DNA of 32,179 nt from Methanoregula sp. (lineage in GTDB: Archaea > Halobacteriota > Methanomicrobia > Methanomicrobiales > Methanospirillaceae): contig JAURZP010000403.1 in assembly GCA_030653335.1 (NCBI GenBank), positions 1 through 32,179 on the forward strand, in the 5' to 3' direction. The translations under genes were made by a program, and so were the position numbers. The notes under the pieces are model-generated. The model had not been told where the DNA came from, ran no database searches, and saw only the letters and a list, made by a program, of their open reading frames with translations. This document shows, one piece after another, positions 9,422-17,551 of this stretch (position 1 is its first letter; each line of letters opens with the position of its first letter).

Positions 9422-9865
9422 TCAGACCTTCCGGTAGATATACGAGGCAATGGCAAACGCGATGAAGAGGATCGTGGCCTCAACAACCGTATCAAGGCCC
9501 CGGGTGTTGTACAGGATCTCGTCAATGATTCCTCCCGGGTGCGCGACAATGGTGGTCCCAAGGTGCATGGTTACCTGCGACAGGAACAGGGAAAACGGTG
9601 TCAGGTAGGACGTAACAAGCCCTGCGGTCGGGGAATTTTCCGGGTACTGGGAGACTATGCTCACTTGCGTGAATGGTGGTCCCCCGCGATCGTACGGGTC
9701 GAGCGAGCTGTTGCGGTCAAAGGTCTTGGGATAGAGCTGTTTCTCACTGTACGGGAGCGGAAGAAGTAAGATACCGGCAATAAACAGTAGCAGGCAGGCA
9801 CCCGCAAAGAGGGGCATGATATTTTCATAGTTGCAAAGGAAGTGCGAGATCTTCCTGATGATCAT
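9422..9865 (-). CDS. ehaF: Eha subunit F
   Basis: QLYPK, PYDRGG, QYP, PGGIIDEILYNTRGLDT motifs. Confidence 0.88.
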   Translation of the reverse strand: MIIRKISHFLCNYENIMPLFAGACLLLFIAGILLLPLPYSEKQLYPKTFDRNSSLDPYDRGGPPFTQVSIVSQYPENSPTAGLVTSYLTPFSLFLSQVTMHLGTTIVAHPGGIIDEILYNTRGLDTVVEATILFIAFAIASYIYRKV

Positions 9866-10113
9866 GCTGCCGCCTCTTTCTTCTGGATGACCCGGACATA
9901 GATGAACGTCGAAAGCACGGATATTGCCCCGAACGTGAGCAGGGCCAGCGCCTCATTGTACGAGAGCATGACGAGCAGCAGGCCAAAGGCCGGGATCTCA
10001 AGATTGATCAGCCGGGTCAGGTAATCTTTCGGACGGGGAAACGCCACGGCGATCGTACCGGCTACCAGCACGATGAGGCCGAGAATAAATTCCGGGGCAT
10101 AACCGGCAATCAT
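9862..10113 (-). CDS. ehaE: Eha subunit E
   Basis: RLINLEIPAFG...SYNEALALLTF; 83 aa membrane protein. Confidence 0.82.
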   Translation of the reverse strand: MIAGYAPEFILGLIVLVAGTIAVAFPRPKDYLTRLINLEIPAFGLLLVMLSYNEALALLTFGAISVLSTFIYVRVIQKKEAAA

Positions 10114-10343
10114 GATGATGCTCTCCTCTGGCAGGCCATCAGGATGAAGACCGTTGATAGCGGGGCGATCAGTGCAAGTGCAATAGCCACGTCAAGCAAT
10201 CCGCGATCAACAATGAACGGGAAGATCCCGGCGATCAGGATCGAGAGCGAGATCAGTTTGTCAAACGGATCGCGGTTGACAATCGCTGCGATCATGCCAA
10301 TGAGGATGAGGATGGCTGAAGCAGCCATGATGATCTCATCCAT
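10110..10343 (-). CDS. ehaD: Eha subunit D
   Basis: DPFDKLI...LDVAIALALIAPLST; 77 aa. Confidence 0.82.
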   Translation of the reverse strand: MDEIIMAASAILILIGMIAAIVNRDPFDKLISLSILIAGIFPFIVDRGLLDVAIALALIAPLSTVFILMACQRRASS

Positions 10344-10581
10344 TGCGCTTCATCCCCCCGGACCAGGTACTCGCGATCGCGTTGGACTCAAACGTGGACC
10401 CGACAAAGAACGCTGCTGCTGCAAGGATTGTAAGAGGATGCGGTACCAGGAGTGCAATGATCGCGGTCACGGCAAACGAGATGACGTTGAGAAACGGCAG
10501 TTTGCGCATGGTATTTCGTTCGGTGATGATCCGCAGGGCTGCATACACCGCGATTACTGCGCAGAGGTATATTGCGATCAT
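10336..10581 (-). CDS. ehaC: Eha subunit C
   Basis: KLPFLNV, FFVGSTFESNAIAST; 81 aa. Confidence 0.85.
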   Translation of the reverse strand: MIAIYLCAVIAVYAALRIITERNTMRKLPFLNVISFAVTAIIALLVPHPLTILAAAAFFVGSTFESNAIASTWSGGMKRNG

Positions 10582-11084
10582 GGATTAACTCCCAGCAACC
10601 TGTTACGGAGATCCCAGAGCCGGGCAATCAGCCGGCTGGAATGCACATGGGAGATGCCCTGTATGGTGAGGATCGCAATCACCATGCCGGCAATAAAGTC
10701 CGAAGCGGCAAACCCGATCTGGGTCATGCCAAAGACAATAAACGTCGCGGTGATCGCGCCGGTCGTGCCCGCATAGCCGGGATCGTAACAGATGCGGTTC
10801 CCGATATACACGAGCAGGGCTGCAAAAAGACCGCCGGGAAGTCCTGCGCAGTACACCCCGCAGGCAGCAAGGAGCGTTCCTGCCGAAGCATCGGGAGATG
10901 ATACGATGTTGCCCAGCATGAAACCGCCGTGCAGGTTCCCGCCGCCCTTTTCCACTTCCTGTGCAATCGCAGTTGCCCCGCAAACGCCCCCGCTCGCTGG
11001 TAAATTAAAGAATACATCAATAGCTACAAAATTGATCCAGCACAGCGCTGCGGCAATAAGGATACGGGCGGGCTCATCGAGCAT
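10578..11084 (-). CDS. ehaB: Eha subunit B (first gene of this eha operon)
   Basis: GGNLHGGFMLGNIVSSPDASAGTLL, GNRICYDPGYAGTTGA motifs. Confidence 0.82.
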   Translation of the reverse strand: MLDEPARILIAAALCWINFVAIDVFFNLPASGGVCGATAIAQEVEKGGGNLHGGFMLGNIVSSPDASAGTLLAACGVYCAGLPGGLFAALLVYIGNRICYDPGYAGTTGAITATFIVFGMTQIGFAASDFIAGMVIAILTIQGISHVHSSRLIARLWDLRNRLLGVNP

Positions 11085-11129
11085 GGTACAACCCGGCGAA
11101 GATCATCGTCTGACCGAATCATCGGCGGG

Positions 11130-11150
11130 ATACTGGATAAAGGTTGTGAT
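11130..11150 (-). promoter_or_regulatory. Candidate BRE/TATA of eha-fwd operon
   Basis: Minus strand cacaacCTTTATCc ~55 nt upstream of ehaB ATG. Confidence 0.35.
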
Positions 11151-11296
11151 ATTGACGGGGTTTGGTTTTACGTTTTTTTTAAGATAGTGGGGAAATGAAA
11201 AAAGGTCTTATGCTATCATACGGAAGGCGTCTGGATATTCACTGCGATAATCCGGATAAAATTTCAGAATAAGGACGCATCCAATTTTTATTTATC

Positions 11297-11303
11297 AAAA
11301 AAA
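11297..11303 (-). terminator. Oligo-T (T7) archaeal terminator candidate after eno-orf154 operon
   Basis: A7 on plus strand (T7 on minus) ~15 nt downstream of the stop at 11318. Confidence 0.4.
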
Positions 11304-11317
11304 TGTATCCACCACGG

Positions 11318-11782
11318 CTAACGTTCACATGAACCGGATTTTTCACTGGCAAGATAGTCGTGGAGACGAATGGCCCGGGTCTGCAATTCTCCTGCAAAAC
11401 GGGTGAGTTCTGTTGCGGCGGCAGCAGAGACTTTGCCATATCCCCGCATGTGTCTTGGTCTGATCTCTTCGGCTGCAATGTCGATGGAATATAGTCTGGA
11501 ACGAATGGCCCGGGAGACAGGAATACCCGGAGGGTTACTGGAAATTCCCTGTTTTTCCAGTGTCTGGGTGAGCTGGGCGCGGACGCTGGCAATATAATCT
11601 TCAATTACCTTCCGTTGTGCATGAGTAATATCAGGGATATATGAAGGGAATGCCGCTTGTGAATCAGTCTCGTTCAGGACACTCTCAATCTCGCTGAGGA
11701 TGCTGTCGATGTGCTGGCAGGTGATGCGAAGGCGGCGTTCCTGGTTCTCGTCCAGAGTGTCATTTTCCGCTCTTGTGGTCAA
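11318..11782 (-). CDS. Helical protein resembling the N-terminal domain of bacterial dynamin-like proteins
   Basis: LDENQERRLRITCQHID...FPSYIPD...IEDYIASVRAQL...DIAAEEIRPRHMRGYG matches, from recall, the N-terminal region of some bacterial dynamin-family proteins; 6 nt gap after eno. Confidence 0.7.
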   Translation of the reverse strand: MTTRAENDTLDENQERRLRITCQHIDSILSEIESVLNETDSQAAFPSYIPDITHAQRKVIEDYIASVRAQLTQTLEKQGISSNPPGIPVSRAIRSRLYSIDIAAEEIRPRHMRGYGKVSAAAATELTRFAGELQTRAIRLHDYLASEKSGSCER

Positions 11783-11788
11783 GATATG

Positions 11789-13072
11789 TCACCGGACGAA
11801 CGCTTTCCTGCCGGCATAGACTGCTCTGCTGCCGAGTTCTTCCTCGATCCGCATGAGCTGGTTGTACTTCTCTACCCGTTCGCCCCGGCAGGGTGCACCG
11901 GTCTTGAGCTTGCCGGCACATGTTGCGACCGTGAAATCGGCGATGAACGAATCAGGGGTCTCGCCGCTCCGGTGGGAGACGTTGATGCCCCAGCCGGCTT
12001 TCTTTGCGAGATCGATAGTTGCAAGCGTCTCGGTCACGGTCCCGATCTGGTTGAGTTTGATCAGCACAGAGTTTGCCGTATGTTCTGCAATGCCCCGCTT
12101 CACCAGTTCCGGGGACGTGACAAAAATGTCATCTCCGATCAGTTCGATTGTGTTCCCGAGCGCTTCTGTCAGCAGTTTCCAGCCCGCCCAGTCATCCTCG
12201 GCAAGCCCGTCTTCGATAGAGATGATGGGATAGGTATCGACAAGCTTCCGGTAATACGCGGTCAGCTCATCGGGTGACAGATTCCTGCCCTCGCGTTTGA
12301 GTTCATACTTCCCGTCATGGAAAAAACCGCTCGACGCCGGGTCCAGCGAGATCCCGATATCTTTACCGGGCCGGTACCCTGCCTGTTCTATGGCGCGGGT
12401 GATGAGTTCGAGCGGTTCCTCGTTGGATGCAACCTTCGGGGCAAACCCGCCTTCGTCGCCAATCGCAGTCGGGTAGTTTTTCTTTTTCAGGATGTCCTGC
12501 AGTGCGTGGTACGTCTCGGCACCCCATTGCAGTGCGGTGTGGAAATCGGGAGCACCAAAGGGAGCGATCATATACTCCTGGAAATCCGCACCCTGCCACT
12601 GGGCATGCACCCCGCCGTTGAGCACATTCATCATCGGGACCGGCAGGAGATACTGATTGTCTTTGTTCAGGTACTCGTAGAGCGGGATATCCCTTGATAA
12701 GGAAACGGCCCGGGCTGCCACCATCGAGACCCCGAGGATTGCATTTGCGCCGAGCTTACCTTTGTTCGGAGTTCCATCGATTGCGTTCATGGCACGGTCT
12801 ATTGCCTCCTGTTCAGTGGCATCCTCCGCGATAAGAACAGGTGCAATGAGGGTGTTCACATTAGCGACAGCTTTGAGCACCCCTTTGCCTCCGAACCGCT
12901 TCGGATCTTTGTCCCGGAGTTCTACAGCCTCATGTATCCCGGTCGATGCTCCTGACGGTACCGCAGCCCGTGCCTTGGTACCGTCAGCAAGAACAATATC
13001 CACTTCGACGGTCGGGTTGCCCCGTGAATCGAGGATCTCGCGTGCATGAATTTTTTTAATTGCTGTTTTCAT
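11789..13072 (-). CDS. eno: Enolase (phosphopyruvate hydratase)
   Basis: AREILDSRGNPTVEV, VPSGASTG, GDEGGFAP, SHRSGET, KYNQLMRIEEELG; likely start ATG 13072 with AAGGAG RBS (alternative 13123). Confidence 0.97.
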   Translation of the reverse strand: MKTAIKKIHAREILDSRGNPTVEVDIVLADGTKARAAVPSGASTGIHEAVELRDKDPKRFGGKGVLKAVANVNTLIAPVLIAEDATEQEAIDRAMNAIDGTPNKGKLGANAILGVSMVAARAVSLSRDIPLYEYLNKDNQYLLPVPMMNVLNGGVHAQWQGADFQEYMIAPFGAPDFHTALQWGAETYHALQDILKKKNYPTAIGDEGGFAPKVASNEEPLELITRAIEQAGYRPGKDIGISLDPASSGFFHDGKYELKREGRNLSPDELTAYYRKLVDTYPIISIEDGLAEDDWAGWKLLTEALGNTIELIGDDIFVTSPELVKRGIAEHTANSVLIKLNQIGTVTETLATIDLAKKAGWGINVSHRSGETPDSFIADFTVATCAGKLKTGAPCRGERVEKYNQLMRIEEELGSRAVYAGRKAFVR

Positions 13073-13272
13073 CTCATTACGCTCCTTTGTATTCCCGTTT
13101 TGTTTTCCATTCATTTTATCCATCGTTCATTCAGCAATATGCCCCTCAACAGCATATCGTTTTTGCACAACAAGCCCCAACACAGGAATCATTGACTTAC
13201 CTTTCCGGGTCAGTCCCTGACAAAGTCAACTGACTTCCCCGTGCAGGTACAACGGACATAATTGCCGATAAA

Positions 13273-13320
13273 ACAGAAGTCATCAGCCCGGATAAGGCGG
13301 TTATGGCGGACTTCATCGCC
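13273..13320 (-). ncRNA. Fluoride riboswitch (crcB motif) upstream of eno
   Basis: Minus strand GGCGATGAAGTCCGCCATAACCGCCTTATCCGGGCTGATGACTTCTGT: P1 GGCG/CGCC, pseudoknot GAAGT/ACTTC, AACCGC...GCTGATGAC core. Confidence 0.92.
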
Positions 13321-13773
13321 AGATGATTAAAAAATGATGGTTCTTTACTGTTTTATGTGTATGCATTTCTTGATGCTTTGTGGATGTCGACAACAGAGAT
13401 CGCAACCGTGAAGAAGCTGACGGCAACATCGTGCCGGGTGTGTTTTTTAATCTTTGAGGATCCGGTTTTGTGGTCCGCAGGGAAATGATTCGGGACCAAA
13501 GTTTTCACCGGCGCTATCTATAGGGAAACACGAGCGGAGGTGTTCGACAAGACGTTTGCCAGGATCGGGGCGGTGTGGGTGACTCCATGAGTGCACCTTT
13601 GGTGCCCCTTTAAGAAAATCGTGAAATCCCTTAACTGTAACCCTTCACGGGTCGCAAAGATTATTGTCCGCAATGTGTCCGCTATCAATCTCCCCCTCCC
13701 CCTTCAAATTTTCAGTGGTCTTGATTTTTCTTTGAATTTCACTCGTTTTCCAGATCGCAGGTATTTGGCTGCA

Positions 13774-13801
13774 ATGTCCGATAATGTCCGAATATGTCCG
13801 A
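13774..13801. repeat. Three direct repeats ATGTCCGA at 10-nt period
   Basis: Copies at 13774, 13784, 13794; further TGTCCG copies near 13665-13681 and 13906. Confidence 0.7.
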
Positions 13802-13881
13802 ATTACCCATTAGGTTATTCGGGAATATTTTGCCTCATTTACTCAAACGGGTGGAAGTTCTCAGCCGGATTGCTAACCCTA

Positions 13882-15264
13882 TCAGTGCCCGGAATTTTCT
13901 GGAAATGTCCGAAATGGATCATTTAGCAGATAGATAGTACTCTTGGTCTTTCCTTCTTTCAGGACAATATGCAACGTCTCCAGTTCTGAAAGATCCCGCT
14001 GGGCGGTCTTTTGCGTGCAGGCGAATTGTTTTGCATACTCAGCAGATGTGATCCCTGGGTGCTGACGGAGATATACGAGTGCCTGTTTTTGCCGGTCGTT
14101 GATCAAATTCGGTTCTTCCATGAAGCGGTTGATGCTTGACCGGGTGAAGGTTACTGAGAATGAATCATCCTGTTCCCTGAACTCCGGATCGGGAAGGGTT
14201 TGTTCACGGCATGCCTTTACCATGTGAATGGTCCCAGAACCCCATTGTTCAATGAATCCTGCGAGGAAGAGCAGATCCGCAACAGCGGTATTTCTCGGAA
14301 GGGACAGGTGATCAATCTTTAATGATTCTACGGTCAGGACATTCGGGAGTTTTCCCGGGTTACATACCTGAAGTTGTCCGGCAAATATCCGGACCTGGGC
14401 ATGTGCAACGGACCGGTAATCCCGGTGGCAGAGCGCGTTGATAACGGATTCCCGCACGGCTTCCGGGGGATAATCCCAGTGTTCCTCCCGCCGTGTTTTG
14501 CCGGGAACGACCCATGCGGATTTCCGGATCTCCGACAGGATAAAACTGACCGTATCATCGATCTGGCGCATAAGCGGTCCACCGATCAACTTCATGCTGA
14601 TGCAGGTGCTGGTAACATCGGTCCCGCTGAAATGGCCGCAGCGGATTTCGGCCTGATGGATGAATTGCTGGGGATCTTTTCCGAATATCAGGATCGCAGT
14701 GTTTGTAGGCACACCGTCTTTGAGCAGGTGGAGTTTTTTAAGGAGGCTGGAAACGGATGCACTTGCGTCGGCATCGTGGCGGCGTTCGTCTTTTGCCTTT
14801 GCAAGAAAATCGTAAACAATGGCAGGATCGATATCATCGATCGTTGCGCCAGGGCAAATTTCCCCATCCCACGGGGGCTGGTTGATGGTAAGGATCGTCC
14901 GCTTGATTTCGTCGGGGGGCATGACCCGGTTCTCGGTTCCTGTCCGCATGTACGCGATACCATCAAGATAGTACGGTTTGCTGATTCCCTCCGGGACCGC
15001 GACAACGATCAGGTGTTTTCCCCCTTCTTCGATGACGCGGATATCGGATGTAATCTCCGGTTTTATCCGGGAGGCGATTTGCTGGGAGAGTTTGCGGAGT
15101 GAGTGGTCAGCAGGATCTACGCCGACTATTGCCCCGGTGTTGGTCCTGCCAAACGAGATGACGCCGCCATGATGGTTGAGGAATCCGCAGACGGATTTGA
15201 GCGCAGGCTCGATGAGGGAGAGGGATTTTTTGAATTCAACCGTATCGGATTCGTGGAGGGTCAT
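13882..15264 (-). CDS. AlbA_2 (Schlafen-like) + HATPase_c_4 + winged-HTH protein (RecG-C-like regulator)
   Basis: ESDTVEFKKS...CGFLNHHGG; YPPEAVRESVINALCHRDY; NPGKL; RN...IEQWGSG; C-terminal NDRQKQAL...TAQRDLSEL. Confidence 0.88.
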   Translation of the reverse strand: MTLHESDTVEFKKSLSLIEPALKSVCGFLNHHGGVISFGRTNTGAIVGVDPADHSLRKLSQQIASRIKPEITSDIRVIEEGGKHLIVVAVPEGISKPYYLDGIAYMRTGTENRVMPPDEIKRTILTINQPPWDGEICPGATIDDIDPAIVYDFLAKAKDERRHDADASASVSSLLKKLHLLKDGVPTNTAILIFGKDPQQFIHQAEIRCGHFSGTDVTSTCISMKLIGGPLMRQIDDTVSFILSEIRKSAWVVPGKTRREEHWDYPPEAVRESVINALCHRDYRSVAHAQVRIFAGQLQVCNPGKLPNVLTVESLKIDHLSLPRNTAVADLLFLAGFIEQWGSGTIHMVKACREQTLPDPEFREQDDSFSVTFTRSSINRFMEEPNLINDRQKQALVYLRQHPGITSAEYAKQFACTQKTAQRDLSELETLHIVLKEGKTKSTIYLLNDPFRTFPENSGH

Positions 15265-15579
15265 GAACGGAGGGCCTCATACAATGTACTGAATTAGGGT
15301 TCTCTTCCTTTTTCTGGTTGTTGCTCTCCTCCTAAAGAAAAAACGTGATTTGTTCAGATTCTGCACAACGGATCTCCCCACAACCCCATTCAGCAAAACC
15401 TAAATTTCCCGACCGAGGGGGAATTATTCCAGCCCGGGGGCCCAACGGTGGGGAGCAAGAGAAAACTATTGGCAGATTTCGTATAGAGCAATGTCACCAA
15501 GAGTGCGGTTTTGTGAACTCGCGGACCCGAAGCGGATATCTTCCAGAGTTTTCTTTTTCTTTTTTTTGCCGGGATAAAC

Positions 15580-15595
15580 AAAGAATTAATTATCT
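15580..15595 (+). promoter_or_regulatory. Candidate BRE/TATA for riboswitch-dynamin transcript
   Basis: aaagAATTAATTATct ~28 nt upstream of the riboswitch 5' end. Confidence 0.5.
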
Positions 15596-15620
15596 GCACA
15601 TGCGAACGATTTCAGTATCC

Positions 15621-15667
15621 GGTGATGGAGTTCACCGCTAACTGCCTTTTGTGCTGATAACTCCTAC
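15621..15667 (+). ncRNA. Fluoride riboswitch (crcB motif) upstream of dynamin-like GTPase
   Basis: GGTGATGGAGTTCACCGCTAACTGCCTTTTGTGCTGATAACTCCTAC: P1 GGTGA/TCACC, pseudoknot GGAGT/ACTCC, AACTGC...GCTGATAACTCCTAC core. Confidence 0.92.
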
Positions 15668-15736
15668 CCGACCGTTTCCCGGTGCCACAATTGCGGGCTG
15701 CCAGATCGGCCGGATAATACAAGGAGGAATACTCCT

Positions 15737-17542
15737 ATGGATGATACCAGCACCCCCACTCCATTACCCTCTCAAAGCACCACTACGATCTCCGTACCGG
15801 AAAACCTGCCGGAGATCCTGAAGACTGAACGGCGCCGCTTTGAAGATATGGACTCACGCTACGCCGTCCATGCAAAACGACTGGACGAGCTGGAAAAGCG
15901 CCTTTCACAAGGGCGGTTCCATCTCGCGGTGCTCGGGCAGGTGAAGCGGGGCAAAAGTACGCTCTTAAACGCCTTGCTCGGAGAGGACGTACTTCCGAGT
16001 TCGGTCGTCCCGCTCACTGCCCTCCCGACATTCGTCCAGTACGGGGAACAGCGGTTGCTCACGGTACGGTACAATGACAATCGCCCGGACACGGTCATGA
16101 AAGGCGAACCAACGCAATGGTTAAACAAGCAACTGATGGGCTTTGTGACCGAGGATGCCAACCCGAAAAACGAAAATGGTGTGCTCCAGGTGGAGATCAC
16201 CCACCCCGCTGCGATCCTCCGGGATGTTGTCCTCATCGATACACCCGGCATCGGTTCAACCTACCGACACAACACCGAGGCAACGATGAACTTCCTGCCG
16301 CAATGCGATGCGGCTCTCTTTGTCATTTCGGCGGACCCGCCTATAACGGAAGTTGAAGTCACTTTCCTCAAAGAGATCCGGAGCCGGATCGGACAATTAT
16401 TTTTCGTGCTGAACAAGGTGGACTACCTGACCGATGCTGAGCGCGAAACAGCTGTCGGTTTTTATCGCACGGTCCTGACACGCGATGCAGGTATCGAACC
16501 CGGCACCCGGATCTTTCCTACGTCCGCACGGAAGGGATTGCTGGCAAAAGAGTCCGGGGATGCACAGCAGTGGGAGGAGAGCGGACTTGCCGAAGTGTTC
16601 GATCACCTGATAACCTTCCTCGCCAAGGAAAAGAACCGGGTACTGAGGGATGCCATCGGCAGAAAAGCGTTCGATGTTTTCCAGGATGTACACCTCCAGA
16701 TTGGTCTTGAGAACCGGGCGCTTGAACTGCCACTCGCCCAGCTGGAGTGCAGGCTCGCTGTGTTTGACAAAAAGATCGTAGAAGCAAAGGAGCAGCGGAT
16801 TCATGCACAGGATATCCTTACCGGGGACCAGAAACGGGTGTACGCTCAGTTAGAAGCGTATATCGAAAATCTCCGCTCCCCTCTCCGCGAGCGGCTCACA
16901 ACAATAGCCGAAGCAGCTATCTCCGCATCACCGCAGAGCCCTGAGCATACAGCGCAGCAGGCTGTGGCAGATGCGATCCCGGCATGGTTCGAGCGCGAAC
17001 TGGGGCGGATCTCTGCGATGATGGACCAGGAGATCGCAGCACGGCTAAAGGACCACGAACAGCGGGCCGACGACCTCATCGAATCCATCCGGAAAGCAGC
17101 AGCGGAACTCTTTGACATTCCGTATCACGCACCTAGGGGTGAACGGGCCTATGAGCCGGTGAGAAAACCGTACTGGGTTGAACATGACTGGGACAGTTCA
17201 TTCTCTCCGGTTTCGGCCGAAGTCATCGGACGGTTTCTGCCTAAATCCCTGCGTGAGAGCCTGGCCCGGGACCGGCTGAAAAAGCAGATCGATATGCTGG
17301 TGATTCGCAATCTTGAGAACCTCCGGTGGGCGACCATTCAGAACATTGATACGGCCTTCAGGAAGTTCAGCAGCGATCTCGATACGAATCTTGGCCTGAC
17401 TATCGATGCTACCCAGGGTGCAATCCGTTTGGCACTCGAAGAGCGGACACGGCATGAGGAGAATGTTGCGGGCCGTATTGATGAACTGAAGAAGACTGCA
17501 ACTGATATTCAGTGCGTGATCGACACATTCGGGAGCGGGTAA
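15737..17542 (+). CDS. Bacterial-type dynamin-like GTPase
   Basis: G1 GQVKRGKS, G2 PSSVVPLT, G3 DTPG, G4 NKVD, G5 SAR; long helical C-terminal region; AGGAGG RBS. Confidence 0.9.
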   Translation: MDDTSTPTPLPSQSTTTISVPENLPEILKTERRRFEDMDSRYAVHAKRLDELEKRLSQGRFHLAVLGQVKRGKSTLLNALLGEDVLPSSVVPLTALPTFVQYGEQRLLTVRYNDNRPDTVMKGEPTQWLNKQLMGFVTEDANPKNENGVLQVEITHPAAILRDVVLIDTPGIGSTYRHNTEATMNFLPQCDAALFVISADPPITEVEVTFLKEIRSRIGQLFFVLNKVDYLTDAERETAVGFYRTVLTRDAGIEPGTRIFPTSARKGLLAKESGDAQQWEESGLAEVFDHLITFLAKEKNRVLRDAIGRKAFDVFQDVHLQIGLENRALELPLAQLECRLAVFDKKIVEAKEQRIHAQDILTGDQKRVYAQLEAYIENLRSPLRERLTTIAEAAISASPQSPEHTAQQAVADAIPAWFERELGRISAMMDQEIAARLKDHEQRADDLIESIRKAAAELFDIPYHAPRGERAYEPVRKPYWVEHDWDSSFSPVSAEVIGRFLPKSLRESLARDRLKKQIDMLVIRNLENLRWATIQNIDTAFRKFSSDLDTNLGLTIDATQGAIRLALEERTRHEENVAGRIDELKKTATDIQCVIDTFGSG

Positions 17543-17551
17543 ATTTGTCTG

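Noticed and set aside
11095-11110. Minus-strand GACGATGATCTTCGCC upstream of ehaB resembles the 5' half of a fluoride riboswitch
   Set aside because: P1 is mismatched, and there is no AAxxGC...GCTGATRAC core or pseudoknot partner downstream
11084-11318. Read-through from the fluoride-controlled eno operon into eha-fwd
   Set aside because: 233-nt gap containing T-tracts and its own TATA candidate; no positive evidence
13197-13259. 20-codon uORF (MSVVPARGSQLTLSGTDPER) in the eno leader
   Set aside because: No RBS or distinctive composition; better explained as RNA structure
13492-13590. Short open frame GTKVFTGAIYRETRAEVFDKTFARIGAVWVTP*
   Set aside because: Looks coding-like but has no start codon or recognisable family; cannot support a call
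13774-13801. CRISPR-like array
   Set aside because: Repeats are 8 nt with 2-nt spacers, and there are no cas genes
13591-13926. 111-aa plus-strand ORF
   Set aside because: Atypical composition, spans repeats and overlaps the AlbA_2 gene end
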